NCBI GenBank assembly: GCA_963675915.1
Contig: OY780959.1
Location: forward strand, 1,380,001-1,412,000
Direction of reading: 5' to 3'
DNA: 32,000 bases
Origin: Coprobacillaceae bacterium
GTDB taxonomy: Bacteria > Bacillota_I > Bacilli_A > Erysipelotrichales > Coprobacillaceae
The position numbers and the translations under genes are program-made. Shown here piece by piece: positions 9,335-17,598 of the stretch. The notes beneath the pieces were generated by a model that did no database searches, was not told the origin of the DNA, and saw only the letters and a list, made by a program, of their open reading frames with translations. Numbering within the stretch: position 1 is the first letter of the stretch; each line of letters starts with the position of its first letter.

Positions 9335-9700
9335 ATGCCAAGAGGAGATAAAACAGGACCTACAGGAATGGGTCCAATGACCGGACGTAAAGCAGGTTAC
9401 TGCAATAATTCAACTACACCAGGCTATGAAAACCAAACCAGCTGCGGTGGTATGAGACAACGCTCACAACGTAGACAAAGTCAAAAATCAGGAATGGGAA
9501 TCAGCCGTGGCAATGGTCAAAGAGGCGCTAAACGCTGTGGTTGTCATAGAAATGTAAAAGGACGCGGATTCCAACTGGCGCAGGCATCGCTTGGACCAGT
9601 AAATCCGGCCAGCTGCGAAGAAACGTCATTAAAAATGCAGGTACTCGCCCTGCAAACCCAGCTCGAAACTTTGCTGAATAAAATAAACAGTTTCGAATAA
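9335..9700 (+). CDS. DUF5320-like small protein with a basic low-complexity middle and a C-terminal coiled-coil-like tail
   Basis: 121 aa. The N-terminus MPRGDKTGPTGMGPMTGRKAGYC is paralogous to the preceding gene. The tail is LKMQVLALQTQLETLLNKINSFE. GGAGG lies before the ATG. Confidence 0.7.
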   Translation: MPRGDKTGPTGMGPMTGRKAGYCNNSTTPGYENQTSCGGMRQRSQRRQSQKSGMGISRGNGQRGAKRCGCHRNVKGRGFQLAQASLGPVNPASCEETSLKMQVLALQTQLETLLNKINSFE

Positions 9701-9716
9701 AGTCAATAAATAACCA

Positions 9717-9763
9717 GGTTCCCGGGATAGGACAGTGATTGTCTTCTACCGGGAGCTTTTTTT
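9717..9763 (+). terminator. Intrinsic terminator after the DUF5320-like pair
   Basis: GGTTCCCGG pairs with CCGGGAGCT (G-U wobbles at the base) around a 23-nt loop, followed by T7 at 9757-9763. Confidence 0.55.
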
Positions 9764-9815
9764 GTCAATAATTATTCCCCGCATTCAAAAATCAACCCGA
9801 AATATCGATAACAAT

Positions 9816-9844
9816 TTGAGAAATCAAAGCAAGAGTGCTACGAT
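9816..9844 (+). promoter_or_regulatory. Candidate promoter TTGAGA-17-(TGc)TACGAT for the DUF362 gene
   Basis: Hexamers are at 9816-9821 and 9839-9844, with a TG at 9836-9837 (extended -10-like). Confidence 0.35.
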
Positions 9845-9881
9845 TATATTAAAGGGTGCCACTTTGAAAGGAGGAACCATT

Positions 9882-11018
9882 ATGGACAAGGTTTCAGCTG
9901 TAAGCTGCACTTCCTATGATCAAATCAGAGTGTACGAAGCAGTAAAAGAAGCTCTATATAATATCGGATTTGAAATCCCAAAGGGCAAGCGGATTTTAAT
10001 CAAGCCCAACATCATGTCCCAAAACAGGCCCAGACAGCATACGATTACCTACCCTTCACTGATTGATGCCATTTGTCGAATCTTTAAGGAAAATGACAAT
10101 GAGATTTTGATTGGAGAATCCATTTCCTTTTTCCAGAAAGGACTGACCCAAAAAGCGTTCGTGACTTCCGGCATAAAGCGGGTTGCTGACAAATACCAAG
10201 CCCGGTTGATCCCATTTGAAAATTGCCCATTGATCCGAGTAGCCAAAGAGACCAACGAGATCGAAGGTCTTGACGAGTTGTACATTCCGGAAATCCTGTC
10301 TCAGGTTGATTTGATCATCGATGCCTGCAAGCTCAAAACCCATGGGGCCATGAGGTTGTCAGGAGCCATCAAGAACATGTTTGGCTGTCTTCCCGGCGGA
10401 TACAAACAAAAAATCCACCGTTGGGTGGACAGCGAATTTCAACTGGCTGATGTAATCATCGACATTCATAAAAATATTGCTCCGACCCTGTCAATAATGG
10501 ATGCAATAGTCAGTCTTGACGGAGGACCTACGGCTCTGGGCAAACCGGTCAAAACCGGACTAGTCTTAGCCGCTGAAAATCCGGCAGCTTTGGACTTTGT
10601 CGCCGCTTCCATGATTGGTTACCAGATCGATGAGGTTCCGCTGTTGATTCAGGCTATGAAACGGAATCTGATCAAGGGCCTTGATGATATCCAGGTAATC
10701 GGACATTATCCCCACCTCCATTTTGAAAAACTGGTCAGGACCCCGCTGGATCTGCCCTATAATAAAGACAGTATTTTTGTCAAACATACCTACATGGATC
10801 TCAAAGTCAAACAAAGGAGCTGCAATCAGTGTAAGGACTGTATACCATCCTGCCCGGTCAACGCCATCAGTTTGGCAGAGGGCAAAATCAAACTGGATGC
10901 CAATCGTTGCATCAATTGTTATCACTGCATTTACGTATGCAAGCAAAATGCCATTAAAATTCATCCGACTTTGATGAACCGGCTATATCTGATCATCAGA
11001 AAAATCATCCGCCTATGA
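9882..11018 (+). CDS. DUF362-domain protein with a C-terminal 2x[4Fe-4S] ferredoxin domain
   Basis: The C-terminus carries CNQCKDCIPSCP and CINCYHCIYVC. The body resembles DUF362 from memory (ILIKPN..., CKLKTH...). I set the start at ATG 9882 behind AAAGGAGG. The track ORF from 9735 runs through the upstream terminator. Confidence 0.7.
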   Translation: MDKVSAVSCTSYDQIRVYEAVKEALYNIGFEIPKGKRILIKPNIMSQNRPRQHTITYPSLIDAICRIFKENDNEILIGESISFFQKGLTQKAFVTSGIKRVADKYQARLIPFENCPLIRVAKETNEIEGLDELYIPEILSQVDLIIDACKLKTHGAMRLSGAIKNMFGCLPGGYKQKIHRWVDSEFQLADVIIDIHKNIAPTLSIMDAIVSLDGGPTALGKPVKTGLVLAAENPAALDFVAASMIGYQIDEVPLLIQAMKRNLIKGLDDIQVIGHYPHLHFEKLVRTPLDLPYNKDSIFVKHTYMDLKVKQRSCNQCKDCIPSCPVNAISLAEGKIKLDANRCINCYHCIYVCKQNAIKIHPTLMNRLYLIIRKIIRL

Positions 11019-11045
11019 TGATTTTAAAATCTTGAAAACCACAAC

Positions 11046-11080
11046 AAAAGCAAGAGACATTGATAAGTTCTCTTGCTTTT
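11046..11080. terminator. Bidirectional terminator between the convergent DUF362 and P-type ATPase genes
   Basis: AAAAGCAAGAGA / TCTCTTGCTTTT form a 12-bp stem with an 11-nt loop. The A/T runs on both sides give U-tracts on either strand. Confidence 0.7.
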
Positions 11081-11096
11081 AACATTGAAATTTTTG

Positions 11097-13199
11097 TTAT
11101 AGTTTCAATAATCTGGCATTGAAAGCTACAATTATCGTACTGATTGACATCAAAATTGCACCTACTGCCGGATTCAATAAAATCCCCTGATTGTAAAGAA
11201 TTCCACCCGCTATCGGCAATACGATGATATTGTATCCCGTCGCCCAGATCAGGTTCTGGATCATCTTACGGTAGACCTGTTTTGACAACCTGATAATATT
11301 GACCACATCTTCGGGATCGCTTTTGACCAGAATGACATCGGCAGTTTCAATGGCAACATCACTACCAACCCCGATAGCCACCCCAAGATCTGCCTGAGCC
11401 AGCGATGGAGCATCGTTGATTCCGTCTCCAACCATGGCGACTGTTTTGCCATTCGCCTGCACTTCTTTGACCTTATCAGTCTTTTCATGAGGAAGAACCT
11501 CGGCAATAACTTCATCAATAGCAATGCTTTTACCGACACTATTCGCCACATTTTCATTATCTCCAGTCAGCATGATTGATTGAATATCCATATCTTTCAA
11601 TCTGGCTATCGCTCCTTTAGATGATTCCCTGATAATGTCAGAAAGGGCCAGGTAACCAATCAGTCTGTCATCAGCTAGAACGAATATGACTGTTTTACCC
11701 GAAGTTGCCATTTCGGTGTATTTTTGTTCATCGAAAACTATTTTCTGGGTTCGAAGGTATCTAGGGCCGGCAATGATTATTTCCTTTTCATCTACAATCG
11801 CCTTGAGACCTTCACCGGAAATCGCCTGATAATTCTTGACATCAAGAACCTCAAGATTCAAATTTTCAAACGAGTTGATAATTCCTTTGGCAATCGGATG
11901 TTCGGAATTGATTTCGACTGAATAGACAATGCGCTTCAATTCATCTTCACTGAAATCAAGAGCAACTGTTTCATCGACTCCAAATTCCCCTTTGGTAAGG
12001 GTACCTGTTTTATCGAATACCACTGCATTAAGATTACGGGCATTTTCAAAGGCAACCCGGTTTCGTACGAGAAGACCATTTTTAGCCCCCAAACTGGTTG
12101 ATACCGAAGTAACCAGCGGCATCGCCAGACCAAGGGCATGAGGACAACAAATTACAATTACAGTTACCGCCCGGGCAATGACAAAGTTATAGTCTTTTCC
12201 TAAAACTGTCCAGATAATCGCAGTCAATATTCCGGAACTTACAGCAATGTAGAAAAGGTATTTGGCCGCTTTGTCAGCCAAACGCTGAGTATTTGATTTC
12301 GACTCTTGCGCTTCTTGTACCATCTTGATTACTTTTGAAAGATAAGTATCCTCACCGACACGACTTACTTTTACCGTCAGACTTCCTTCAGCATTGATTG
12401 AGCCTCCAATGACCTCATCGCCTTTTTGTTTTTCAACCGGTACTGATTCTCCGGAAATCATCGATTCGTCAATTTCGGAAACACCTTCAACAATTAACCC
12501 GTCAATAGGGACTTTTTCCCCAGGTCTAATCAAAATCAAATCATTTTCTTGCAACTGTTTGACTGGAACATCCATTACCTGCCCATCAACTTTAACCTTG
12601 TGAGCGACTTCAGGCATTAGCTTGACTAACTCATCCAAGGCCCGTGAGGCACCCATTACCGACTTCATTTCAATCCAATGTCCCAACAACATGATGATAA
12701 TCAAAGTCGCCAGTTCCCAGAAAAAGTCATTCCCGGTAAGGACGAAAACCGTCAGTGAACTGTAGATATAAGAAATTGAAATTGCGAAAGCTATCAAAGT
12801 CATCATTCCTGGAGCCTTCTTGACAAGTTCATCCTTGGCCCCAGTTAAAAACGGTTTCCCACCGTAAACAAACAGGACAGACGATAGTCCAAACAAGATA
12901 TACGAATCACCGCTAAAACTCAAATCAAGTCCGGCAAAATTTTGAATCGTCGGTGACAAGATCAGAATCGGAACAATGAATATCAATGATATCATAAACC
13001 TTCTTTTAAAATCCGCCACCATATGGGCATGATGTGAGTGGCCCATATGTTCATGATCCATGTGTTCATGCTTCATTTGGTCGTGATCCATATGTTCATG
13101 CTTCATTTGGTCGTGATGATTTTCCTTTGTTGCCGCATCATTTTCTTCAAGTATTTTCCCCTTCTTAGACTCATTATTATGTTCATGCATAGAAATCAT
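11097..13199 (-). CDS. copB: Heavy-metal P1B-type ATPase, CopB-like (CPH motif, His-rich N-terminus)
   Basis: Contains DKTGTLT, TGES, GDGINDAP and the TM6 motif CCPHALGLA. The N-terminus is HDQMKHEHMDHDQMKHEHMDHEHMGHSHHAHM. The start may be ATG 13190 rather than 13199, based on SD spacing. Confidence 0.85.
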   Translation of the reverse strand: MISMHEHNNESKKGKILEENDAATKENHHDQMKHEHMDHDQMKHEHMDHEHMGHSHHAHMVADFKRRFMISLIFIVPILILSPTIQNFAGLDLSFSGDSYILFGLSSVLFVYGGKPFLTGAKDELVKKAPGMMTLIAFAISISYIYSSLTVFVLTGNDFFWELATLIIIMLLGHWIEMKSVMGASRALDELVKLMPEVAHKVKVDGQVMDVPVKQLQENDLILIRPGEKVPIDGLIVEGVSEIDESMISGESVPVEKQKGDEVIGGSINAEGSLTVKVSRVGEDTYLSKVIKMVQEAQESKSNTQRLADKAAKYLFYIAVSSGILTAIIWTVLGKDYNFVIARAVTVIVICCPHALGLAMPLVTSVSTSLGAKNGLLVRNRVAFENARNLNAVVFDKTGTLTKGEFGVDETVALDFSEDELKRIVYSVEINSEHPIAKGIINSFENLNLEVLDVKNYQAISGEGLKAIVDEKEIIIAGPRYLRTQKIVFDEQKYTEMATSGKTVIFVLADDRLIGYLALSDIIRESSKGAIARLKDMDIQSIMLTGDNENVANSVGKSIAIDEVIAEVLPHEKTDKVKEVQANGKTVAMVGDGINDAPSLAQADLGVAIGVGSDVAIETADVILVKSDPEDVVNIIRLSKQVYRKMIQNLIWATGYNIIVLPIAGGILYNQGILLNPAVGAILMSISTIIVAFNARLLKL
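13057..13116 (-). repeat. Tandem 30-nt coding duplication (one mismatch) in the His-rich N-terminus of the ATPase
   Basis: 13057-13086 and 13087-13116 are identical except for one base (G/A). Each copy encodes HDQMKHEHMD. Confidence 0.9.
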
Positions 13200-13671
13200 T
13201 CCTTTCGATGATAAATAGTAGAATACTGGAATTTGATTGACATATTACAACATCATTGTATCTTAAATTCCACAACAAAACAAATTCGACGACTTCTTTA
13301 TTGAATTAACTAGTACTAATTTCCATGTGATTGGGTTTGCATAGTCCCGATTTTCGCAATATAAAAATGCCTCCAAAACAGATTTAGTAATTTTTATTAA
13401 TTACTGTGTCTACTTTGGAAGCATCATCTCAAATAAACTGATTACTTTCTAATTTTATGCCCCGATTGGACCTTTAATAAAATGTCACGGATACTCCAAG
13501 TTTCAAGGATCTGATCACCGGAGAAATCGTTCCGACCTTTCAATATGAGTCCATGACTAATTTCATTATTAGAGATAAATCATCCAGTTTGGTCATTTTG
13601 GTAATATTTTAATTTGATTCTTTCAACATTCAAGAATAATGACTTTGTGCTGGAGCAAAATTATCATCTTA

Positions 13672-14241
13672 TCAGTCGATGGTAGGATCAATCAATTCAA
13701 CCAACTTAAACGCTTTATCACTATACTCATATTTGAAGATACAACAGTTTGGTATCCCACCTGAAAGAATCCCCTCAGAATTATCCCATCTTGACAGGAA
13801 ACCTCTACAAGCCCCGGCATGGGAAACTGCCAAGACAGTATTATGTTCATCCCGTTCCATGATTTCGGTCAAAGTGGCAACCATCCTGTCTTTGACTTCA
13901 GTTACCGTCTCACCGCCATATTCGCCGTAAATCGTATCAAAATGTTTTCGAAGATGAATATCCTCGCTCTCACCCTCAAAAATCCCGAAATTCCTTTCTT
14001 TCAAACCTTTAACCCTTACATACGGCATCGAATTTCCGATCACAATTTCCAACGTATCCGAACTTCTTTCAGCTGTTGAACTATACGCGTAATCGATATT
14101 GATATCCTTAAAATAACGTGATGCCTTTTGAGCCTGATTAATTCCAGTTTCAGTTAATGGTGAATCACAAGACCCCTGGATCCGTCTTTTGACATTAAAC
14201 AGTGTTTCCCCATGTCTCATCAAATATAAATATTTTTTCAT
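13672..14241 (-). CDS. Histidine phosphatase family protein (phosphoglycerate-mutase-like)
   Basis: RHGET motif near the N-terminus (LMRHGETLFN) and a later SHAG motif. GGAGGG lies 6 nt before the ATG. Confidence 0.8.
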   Translation of the reverse strand: MKKYLYLMRHGETLFNVKRRIQGSCDSPLTETGINQAQKASRYFKDINIDYAYSSTAERSSDTLEIVIGNSMPYVRVKGLKERNFGIFEGESEDIHLRKHFDTIYGEYGGETVTEVKDRMVATLTEIMERDEHNTVLAVSHAGACRGFLSRWDNSEGILSGGIPNCCIFKYEYSDKAFKLVELIDPTID

Positions 14242-14330
14242 GTTTTTCCCTCCAAATTATAAGTTTTCCGATTTCGATTAGACTATACCACATTTCTTCC
14301 AGGGAAACTTTAGATTTCAAATTTTTGAAA

Positions 14331-14368
14331 TTCAAAAGCCCTGAATCATTGAAATAATGAATCAGGGC
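14331..14368 (-). terminator. Intrinsic terminator ending the two-component transcription unit
   Basis: 13-bp stem GCCCTGAATCATT/AATGAATCAGGGC (one mismatch) with a 5-nt loop. On the minus strand it is followed by TTTTGAATTT. Confidence 0.65.
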
Positions 14369-14414
14369 GCCTAATAATTGTTAAGTTTTTATTTTCTTGT
14401 TATCAGGAAGTGAG

Positions 14415-14811
14415 CTATTGTTCCAATTCCTCAGTTAGCTTTAAAATCAGCGGTGCTACCTTATCGCGCTGTCTTTTGTAAGTTTTACGATACAGTGGAT
14501 AGGCAACCAGTTAGCTTTAAAATCAGCGGTGAATCACGATAATTCCCACAAACACCAATAACAATTCCGGGAATAAATAGTCTGTCAGCCCAGACCAAAG
14601 TGAAACTCATGCCAATACCCATGATCAAAGCACCGATAATCCCCACCGACATTGATATCATTGTAGCTTTTTCAGATACGCTGCGATCAAGACGACGCAG
14701 CTGATCCATTTTATCGGCAGCCTCGCTTCTAGGAGCATATTTTTCTTTGATTCGCTTGATTTCATCTTGTTTAGGGGCTGAATAAGTATAATTAAAATTA
14801 TCAGATTTCAT
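14415..14811 (-). pseudogene. Disrupted small 2-TM membrane protein gene (GIGM hairpin family)
   Basis: The ORF at 14485-14811 ends in out-of-context residues (NYRDSPLILKLTGCLSTVS). The +1 frame continues as VAYPLYRKTYKRQRDKVAPLILKLTEELEQ to a stop at 14415. A 24-nt ectopic copy of the downstream sequence sits at the junction. Confidence 0.6.
14432..14531. repeat. Exact 24-nt direct repeat CAGTTAGCTTTAAAATCAGCGGTG (14432-14455 and 14508-14531)
   Basis: Read directly. The copies are 76 nt apart, and the upstream copy (in gene orientation) interrupts the reading frame. Confidence 0.9.
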
Positions 14812-14862
14812 CGTTATATGCCTCCTTATAATTTATTTACCTGCATATCAGGAATAGTTCGA

Positions 14863-15777
14863 TTACGATTTGAATAAGCCCTTTTTTGTTTGGGCTATTT
14901 TGATTTCCCTAGTTGATTTAATTATCATTCTGATTGCCATTACCCCAATAGTCAGGCAAATCGCCGTACCACTTGTACCGATCATGATTTCATTAAAATA
15001 GGGATAATGGTTGTCAGAACCAAACTGAGACAACATGGCAGTCTCCAGCGCCAGCATCGACACCAGGGCTGAAACAAAATTGACAGTTTTAACAGCCGAT
15101 AAAACAGGACTGTTATACTTCTTGTACCTGACCATGTTGATGATGGCCATGGTAAAGATATAGAATGTATATGATGCCATCGCATAAATCAAAACCCCGT
15201 TGTAGTCGTACCCTTCATGGGCATAGATTACCATGAACAGAACAACGCTTAAAGCCAAAGTGATTACCAAAAGAATGATGCCACACCACCTGGAACGGTT
15301 ATATTCCAAAATCATATCCCGCGATTGCTTTTTATGGTTTAGCTGATGCAAGAGAATAAAACGCATCAGTGAAAGCAGCAAATAATAAAGGGCCAGAGTC
15401 ACGAACCAATTGGATTCATACAGATATCCTGATACCAGATTAGTCGCAACATAAAACAGGTTGATTGTAAGTGACGCATACAGCATCACCTGAACCCGAA
15501 AAACTGGATCACCAATCAGTTTGCTTCCAATTGAATTGTGAAGCAGCTGTTGTTTGGCTCTTTTATACTTATCCGGTACGACCATTACCAAATCCAGCAC
15601 CGCCGCAACCAAAGTATAAGCCGAGATTAGATATACTCCATAAACAATTGGTCCGGTCAATCGATTCGTTCCCAGAGCGATGACCAGAAGGACTACTGAA
15701 ACAATGATCAGCAAAAAGAGCAGCCAGAGCGGCGGAAAGCCAAGTATTTTCAAAAACTTCTTAAATCTTGCCATCAT
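14863..15777 (-). CDS. Polytopic membrane protein (about 8 TM), function unknown, translationally coupled to the histidine kinase
   Basis: 304 aa and strongly hydrophobic. Its ATG overlaps the kinase 3' end by 17 nt. No recognisable SD is present. Confidence 0.6.
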   Translation of the reverse strand: MMARFKKFLKILGFPPLWLLFLLIIVSVVLLVIALGTNRLTGPIVYGVYLISAYTLVAAVLDLVMVVPDKYKRAKQQLLHNSIGSKLIGDPVFRVQVMLYASLTINLFYVATNLVSGYLYESNWFVTLALYYLLLSLMRFILLHQLNHKKQSRDMILEYNRSRWCGIILLVITLALSVVLFMVIYAHEGYDYNGVLIYAMASYTFYIFTMAIINMVRYKKYNSPVLSAVKTVNFVSALVSMLALETAMLSQFGSDNHYPYFNEIMIGTSGTAICLTIGVMAIRMIIKSTREIKIAQTKKGLFKS

Positions 15778-16822
15778 GCTGATTTGGCAGTTTTACAGTA
15801 AAGGTGCTCCCTTTGCCAACTGTGCTGCTTACCGAAATTTCCCCACCGGTTATATCCATTACCCGTTTTACCAAAGCCAGACCCAAACCGTTGCCATGGG
15901 TGGCATGGGAACTGTCGCCCTGATAAAATTTTTCAAAGATATGGCTGCCAATCTCATGTGACATCCCACATCCGGTATCACTGATCTTGACGACAACCCC
16001 GTCAGCTTCACTTTCAAGCACAATTGTAACTTTGCCCCCTGTCGTGGTAAACTTGAATGCATTGGACAAAAGATTATTCCAAACCAAGTCGAGCAGTTGG
16101 GCATCACCACTGATAATCAGGTCTTCTTCAATATCGGTTTCAATCTCGATTTCCTTTTCATCCCAAATCGGTTCAAACTGCAAGAGAGAATCACATAGTT
16201 GCTCACTTAGATTATAGAGAGTGGCCTGGGGATAAATCTGTTGATTTTCAAGACGGTTCAATTTCAGGATATTGGTCATCAACTCAGCCAGTCTTCTAGC
16301 CGAATTGGTAATTGCAGTGGCATATTCCTGGCGTTGTTCAACAGTCAGATTTTCATCCTGGAGCAGCATTGAGTAATTGCTGATGACTGCCAGGGGGGTC
16401 TTCATTTCATGGGACACATTGGCAACAAAGTCGCTTCTCAGGGTCTCCACTCCCGACAGTTCCGAGGTCATCTTGTTGATACTTTCCATGATTTCACTAA
16501 AATCAGAGCGCCTGACATCACTGTCGAGCTTGATTGTAAAATCCCCAGCAGTTATCTGTTTCAAAGCTCTTTTGATTTGGTTGACCGGACGGTCAATTGT
16601 GATTTTCCGGCGGATGGTATCGAACGAGACGAAGATTGTCGTTATTGCCAGAATATTGATAAAAGTAAGGGGCGCCGCTGCCCTGATTTGCGCTTCGGGC
16701 AAGTCGATTGCATGAAAGAAGATCAGAAAAGATACAGTGACCACGAATGAACAAAGCAAGAAAAAGATGATGAATGTCGATCCAAAAGATCTGACTTCTG
16801 CAGATAATCTCCTCTTTTTCAC
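15761..16822 (-). CDS. Sensor histidine kinase, intramembrane-sensing type (2 TM with a ~12-aa loop, HAMP, HisKA, HATPase)
   Basis: H-box SHEMKTPL, G-boxes DTGCGM and GNGLGL, and a HAMP-like PVNQIKRALKQITAGDF segment. The GTG start overlaps the regulator stop (GTGA). Confidence 0.85.
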   Translation of the reverse strand: MKKRRLSAEVRSFGSTFIIFFLLCSFVVTVSFLIFFHAIDLPEAQIRAAAPLTFINILAITTIFVSFDTIRRKITIDRPVNQIKRALKQITAGDFTIKLDSDVRRSDFSEIMESINKMTSELSGVETLRSDFVANVSHEMKTPLAVISNYSMLLQDENLTVEQRQEYATAITNSARRLAELMTNILKLNRLENQQIYPQATLYNLSEQLCDSLLQFEPIWDEKEIEIETDIEEDLIISGDAQLLDLVWNNLLSNAFKFTTTGGKVTIVLESEADGVVVKISDTGCGMSHEIGSHIFEKFYQGDSSHATHGNGLGLALVKRVMDITGGEISVSSTVGKGSTFTVKLPNQHDGKI

Positions 16823-17490
16823 TTGAACACCGCCTTATAGCCAAGGCCATGGACTGTTACCAGTTCGAAATCATCACACTGGGCTAACTTGTTGCGAAGT
16901 TTGGTCATATAAACATCAACAGTTCGCGTACTTGAAGTTGTTTCGACATCCCAGAATTCATCCATCAGTTGCCCTCTTGTGAAGGTCTTCTTTGGATAAG
17001 ACAACAACTTGTAAAGCAAATTGAATTCCCGGGCAGTCAGCTGAATCTCATCTTCATCCAAATAGGCGGTATGTTCATCCATATCCATCGTGAAATGTCC
17101 GACTGTAATTGTTCTGCTTGAGGCAATCTTGGCGCGCCGCAGCAAAGCTCCAATCCGCAAATAGAGCTCATTCAAATCAACTGGCTTGACCATATAGTCA
17201 TCAATCCCGACTCGAAAGCCCTGCTCTTTAGCTCCAAAATCATCCCGGGCTGTCATGAACAGAATCGGGATATCCTCATTTAGTTTCCTAACTGTCTTCG
17301 CAAATTCAAAGCCATCGATATCCGGCATCATGATATCCGAGATGATCAGATCAAAAACGTTGTCATACATCGCATCGTAGGCCGCCTCACCGCCCAGACA
17401 GCCAGTAGCTTCATAGCCGCTTCTATTCAAAAAGGAACAGACTGACCGGTTCAGTTCTTTATCATCCTCGACAACCAATATCTTAAACAT
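16819..17490 (-). CDS. OmpR/PhoB-family response regulator
   Basis: Receiver domain (DLIISDIMMPDIDG) plus a winged-helix C-terminus (VDVYMTKLRNKL...GLGYK). GGGGAGG lies 7 nt before the ATG. Confidence 0.9.
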   Translation of the reverse strand: MFKILVVEDDKELNRSVCSFLNRSGYEATGCLGGEAAYDAMYDNVFDLIISDIMMPDIDGFEFAKTVRKLNEDIPILFMTARDDFGAKEQGFRVGIDDYMVKPVDLNELYLRIGALLRRAKIASSRTITVGHFTMDMDEHTAYLDEDEIQLTAREFNLLYKLLSYPKKTFTRGQLMDEFWDVETTSSTRTVDVYMTKLRNKLAQCDDFELVTVHGLGYKAVFK

Positions 17491-17519
17491 AATCTAACCT
17501 CCCCTGACATTTGTAATAT

Positions 17520-17551
17520 ATTATAGCACGGAAATGTTAAAGTTTTGTTTG
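17520..17551 (-). promoter_or_regulatory. Extended -10 promoter (TGcTATAAT) preceded by TTAACATTTCC and CAAACAAAACT boxes, upstream of the response regulator
   Basis: The minus strand reads CAAACAAAACT TTAACATTTCC GTGC TATAAT. The same box-4nt-(-10) geometry occurs at 18217-18237. Confidence 0.5.
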
Positions 17552-17598
17552 CAACGGTCAGCTTTTCAATAAATATCTCCAACCATCCTGAGGTTATA

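Noticed and set aside
9735-9881. N-terminal extension of the DUF362 ORF from a GTG at 9735
   Set aside because: The extension runs through the hairpin+T7 terminator of the preceding unit and has no SD. ATG 9882 is preceded by AAAGGAGG at ideal spacing.
13246-13260. Possible CopY cop box upstream of copB
   Set aside because: The canonical cop box is TACAnnTGTA. Here TACA and TGTA are 7 nt apart, so it is not a canonical CopY site. I kept it only as a generic palindrome in a finding.
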